DNA of 52,770 nt, counting the filler, from Squatina squatina (Eukaryota): assembly GCA_031763465.1 (NCBI GenBank). It is 3 parts of 3 records of this genome, joined end to end, with 100 filler letters (N's around TTAATTAATTAA, not from the genome) between each part and the next. Parts side by side here need not be neighbours in the genome. Positions count along the whole stretch, not along the records: positions 38,329 to 52,770 come from JARFOE010000051.1; 2 more parts are not named here. The stretch is one strand, 5' to 3'. This document shows, piece after piece, positions 49,651-52,770 of this stretch. The notes below the pieces were generated by a model. The model made no database searches. It was not told where the DNA came from and was given only the letters and a program-made list of their open reading frames with translations. The stretch's first letter is position 1. Every line of letters begins with the position of its first letter. The translations under genes and the position numbers were made by a program.

Positions 49651-49867
49651 AAGAAAGATCTTGCATTTATATAGTGCCTTTCACAACCTCGGGACATCCC
49701 AACTCGCGTTACAATCAATGAAGTATTTTTGAAGTGTAGTCACTGTTCTAATGTAGGAAACACGGCAGCCAATTTGTGCACAGCACGCTCCCACAAACAG
49801 CAATGTGATGATGACCAGGTACTCTGTTTTAATGATATTGGTTGAAGGATAAATATTGGCCAGGATA
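49651..49867 (-). mobile_element. Deu-domain SINE 3' part
   Basis: Reverse-complement homologue of 46015-46230. Confidence 0.85.
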
Positions 49868-50066
49868 CCCATAAATTGTGCTCATAGTCACAAGGGGGCC
49901 CCAATTGGGTTGCGCCGCGTTGGGAACTTAAGCACCCGAATAACAGTTATATTTGCGCCATATCTGNNNNNNNNNNNNNNNNNNNNNNNNNNNNNNNNNN
50001 NNNNNNNNNNNNNNNNNNNNNNNNNNNNNNNNNNNNNNNNNNNNNNNNNNNNNNNNNNNNNNNNNN

Positions 50067-50551
50067 ATCTGCTTGGTTTTACCAGCTTAAGAGTTATTAA
50101 AAAATTTAAAACCAAAAAAATTAATGGGATATTGCTTTAAACCATTCCCAGTACGGTAAGTATTTTTTAAAACATCTTAAAAGATTAAAAAAAAAAATGG
50201 TGTTATTTATCTCCTTTTTATTAAATTTTAAATGTTAGAATAGTTTTAAAAATGTTTTGTGAGGTGTGTTTTGTTTTTCATCTTTCATTGAAGTTTTGAC
50301 AGATCGCTGAGAACTGTCAAAACTTGAATGAAAGATACACCTATCTGATTGGTTGGGGCCTCCCATGTAACCTCTCCAGCCTGTACGCTGGACTTCCCTG
50401 GGAATTTAGAGAGCCCCACTCCGAATCTCCAACTTGGGAGGGCTCAAACTCGCACGGTCGAGTGGATCGAGGACCCTTAGGTAAGTACATAGATATTTTT
50501 GCCATCGGAGGCCTCCACATGCAGGAAGCTTCCGATCGCAAATTCAGGGCC
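50067..50551. mobile_element. Second copy (right part) of the 760-bp TIR element
   Basis: Collinear with about 32946-33456; ends GATCGCAAATTCAGGGCC. Confidence 0.85.
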
Positions 50552-50793
50552 GTTGTATTGACATAGAAATGTTAGAAAATTTATAATTAATTTCTAAGTG
50601 AAAATTGCAGGGGTGCACAAATTGCACAATGCATATCAAGATGGAGGGGATATACCACCTGAAGGAACTTACATGGGCCACTCCCATATGTTTAATATAC
50701 ATACCTGCACATAATTGGAGGTGGCAATATGGAACTAATGATGGTCCCACCTGTAAAACATCTCACTTGTTCTGGGCTAGTTANNNNNNNNNN

Positions 50794-50910
50794 CATCGAA
50801 ACGTTAAGTCGATTGCTCTCTCCACAGATGCTGCCTGATCTGCTGAATATTATAGCATTTTCTGTTTTTATTTCACATTTCCAGCATCCACAGTATTTCG
50901 CTTTTGTAAT
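50794..50910 (+). mobile_element. Penelope-like terminal-repeat fragment
   Basis: CGAAACGTTAAGTCGATTGCTCTCTCCACAGATGCTGCCTGATCTGCTGA, homologous to 2431-2483. Confidence 0.6.
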
Positions 50911-51923
50911 AGATAGTAGGTGTTTAGTGCACATTGTTCAAATGTACATTCAGGTTTCATTCTACTCCTGTTAATTCAAAGCTGTTTTCTGGGTTTTTTT
51001 AAATTGATTTATCCAGTAATCTGAATGAAGCCATGAAAATAAAATAGCACAGGAGGCATTTTGTATTTTGAAAAAAAATTAGTAGATAATTTGAATTACA
51101 AGACTTTGAATTAAGAAGAGTAGACTGTATATAAAGGAATGTATCCGTTTACTATATCAGTTAAAGTAAAACACTCCAAGCTGTCAAGTTTTTTTGGTCT
51201 AGTCCACTACATTGTATCAGATCCACAAACTACAGCAAAAAGTGCTTTAAATACAAACTGGCCTTACTTTTATTACATTGGTGGATGTAGCATTTATAAA
51301 ATCTGCAGCTATGTTTGTCTGTTTTTAAATAGCTACTAAGGATTGTTTGCAATAAAAAAGTGATTTTGATCTTTCACTTCACACACCTAAATCAGTTCAA
51401 CCCAGGAGTATCTTTACAGGCTTCTTTCTAAAGTGAGGCTTTTGCAGATTTTACTTTAAAGGGTTATTAAAATGAGTGCAGTGTGTGCCTGTATTTCCAG
51501 AATGTGTTCCCAGTGAATAAAGTTCTGTGCTGGGAGCACAAACTTGCAAAATAACCCTTCAGGTGCGAGCAGGCTATTCTGTCATGGGAGAATCCATGAC
51601 CGAGCCCAATCTCACCATAAGGTATGTATACAAATGCTCACATATTTCAACAGGTGTCACTGGTCAGCAGTCAGGAGAGGGAAGCCTGGCTGATTTCTTC
51701 CTCGCACTGCCCAATAAAAAGGCACTGACACCTGTCGTAGTGCCCAACCACTGCCCTGGCAAAGGTTAGATTAACTCTACATAGACCAGCGATTGAACCT
51801 GCTGTGTGTGGCTCAATTCTATANNNNNNNNNNNNNNNNNNNNNNNNNNNNNNNNNNNNNNNNNNNNNNNNNNNNNNNNNNNNNNNNNNNNNNNNNNNNN
51901 NNNNNNNNNNNNNNNNNNNNNNN

Positions 51924-52060
51924 ACCACCAAAACAAATTAACTGATCATTTGTCTCATTGTTGTTTATGGGATCTTGCTGTGTGCAAACTGGCTGCCACA
52001 CCTGCCACATGAGTGACTATACGCTAAAATCGAATTCATTGGTTATGAAATGCTTTGATT
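51924..52060 (+). mobile_element. Decayed Deu-domain SINE 3' part
   Basis: TCTCATTGTTGTTTATGGGATCTTGCTGTGTGCAAACTGGCTGCC. Confidence 0.55.
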
Positions 52061-52139
52061 CAGTGCTGCTATTTACTGCATCGATGGATTTTTATTGTAA
52101 AAAATCTGCAATAAAGTATTTCAACAACGTATAAAGAGT

Positions 52140-52436
52140 GTTGTAATGAATGGATGCCTTTCACTCTGGAGGGATGTAAACAGTGGTGTCTCCCAGGGGT
52201 CATTGTTGGACCACTGACCTTCTCAATGTACATCAATGATCTGGACTTGGGTATAGGAGGCAGAATTTCAAAATTTGCAGATGATAAAAATAGGGCTCAT
52301 TGTTAACTGTAAAGTGGATGGTGAGCAACTTGAGGAGGAAACAGACAAGTTAGTAGATTGGACGGGTAGATGTCAGATGAAACTATGCAGAGAAACTTGA
52401 GGTGATAGATTTTGGGAGCAAAAACAAAAGAGAGGA
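52140..52436 (+). mobile_element. CR1 LINE RT fragment
   Basis: WRDVNSGVSQGS and YINDLDLGIGGRISKFADD motifs, frameshifted. Confidence 0.8.
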
Positions 52437-52770
52437 AATCATAGAATCATTGGCACTTATGGCACTGGAGGCCGCCATTCGACCCACTGAGCCTGTGCAG
52501 GCCGAAAAAGAGCTATCAGGCTTAATCCCAGTTTCCAACTCTTCGTCCATAGCCCTGTAGGTTACAGCACTTCAAGTGCATGTCCAAGTACTTTTTAAAT
52601 ACGATGAGGGTTTCTGCCCCTATCACCCTTTCAGGCAGTGAATTCCAGACCACCGCCACCCTCTCGGTGAACAAGAGTTCTCCTCAACTCCCCTCTAAAC
52701 CTCCTACCACTTACTTTAAATCTATGCCCCCTGGTTATTGACCCCTCTGCTAAGGAAAAGAGTTCCTTCC
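52437..52770 (-). mobile_element. CR1 LINE 3' end (different subfamily), runs off the window
   Basis: The - strand reads GSITRGHRFKVSGRRFRGELRRT and RVAVVWNSLPERVIGAETL; terminal ATCATAGA-type repeat at about 52437. Confidence 0.8.

Noticed and set aside
30991-49867. Recurring peptide IIWSLSHCCLWEL / YLVIITLLFVGACC as a small protein family or CRISPR-like repeat
   Set aside because: These are translations of dispersed Deu-SINE copies in both orientations, with no regular repeat-spacer structure.
14395-51820. Scattered old tRNA-like SINE heads (about 14395-14450, 20500-20610, 40660-40750, 51690-51820) as LF-SINE-type elements
   Set aside because: Probably ancient SINE remnants, but too decayed to define boundaries or family by eye.

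Overview
Eukaryotic DNA, most likely from a shark (inferred from the repeat families). It comes from a fragmented short-read assembly with many placeholder gaps of about 100 N. Two artificial N44-TTAATTAATTAA-N44 linkers split the window into three probably unrelated scaffolds. (A) 1-15927 holds four partial + strand coding exons of CEP97 and a - strand NXPE3-like terminal exon with a premature stop and a frameshift. (B) 16028-38228 has no recognisable host gene, only repeats, a decayed PIF/Harbinger Myb/SANT ORF and weak exon or promoter candidates. (C) 38329-52770 holds the large first coding exon of a Na+/Ca2+ exchanger (best match SLC8A2/NCX2, - strand), its GC-rich 5' region, and dense SINE/LINE/DNA-transposon sequence. 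I see no CRISPR, rRNA or true tRNA genes and no convincing new biological system. The best leads are a decayed Penelope-type minimal hammerhead ribozyme, a Penelope-derived splice acceptor on a CEP97 exon, the unevenly decayed NXPE3-like exon, and unusual intron positions in CEP97 and SLC8A2. Family assignments rest on my recall of the human proteins and repeat consensus sequences; no database search was run.
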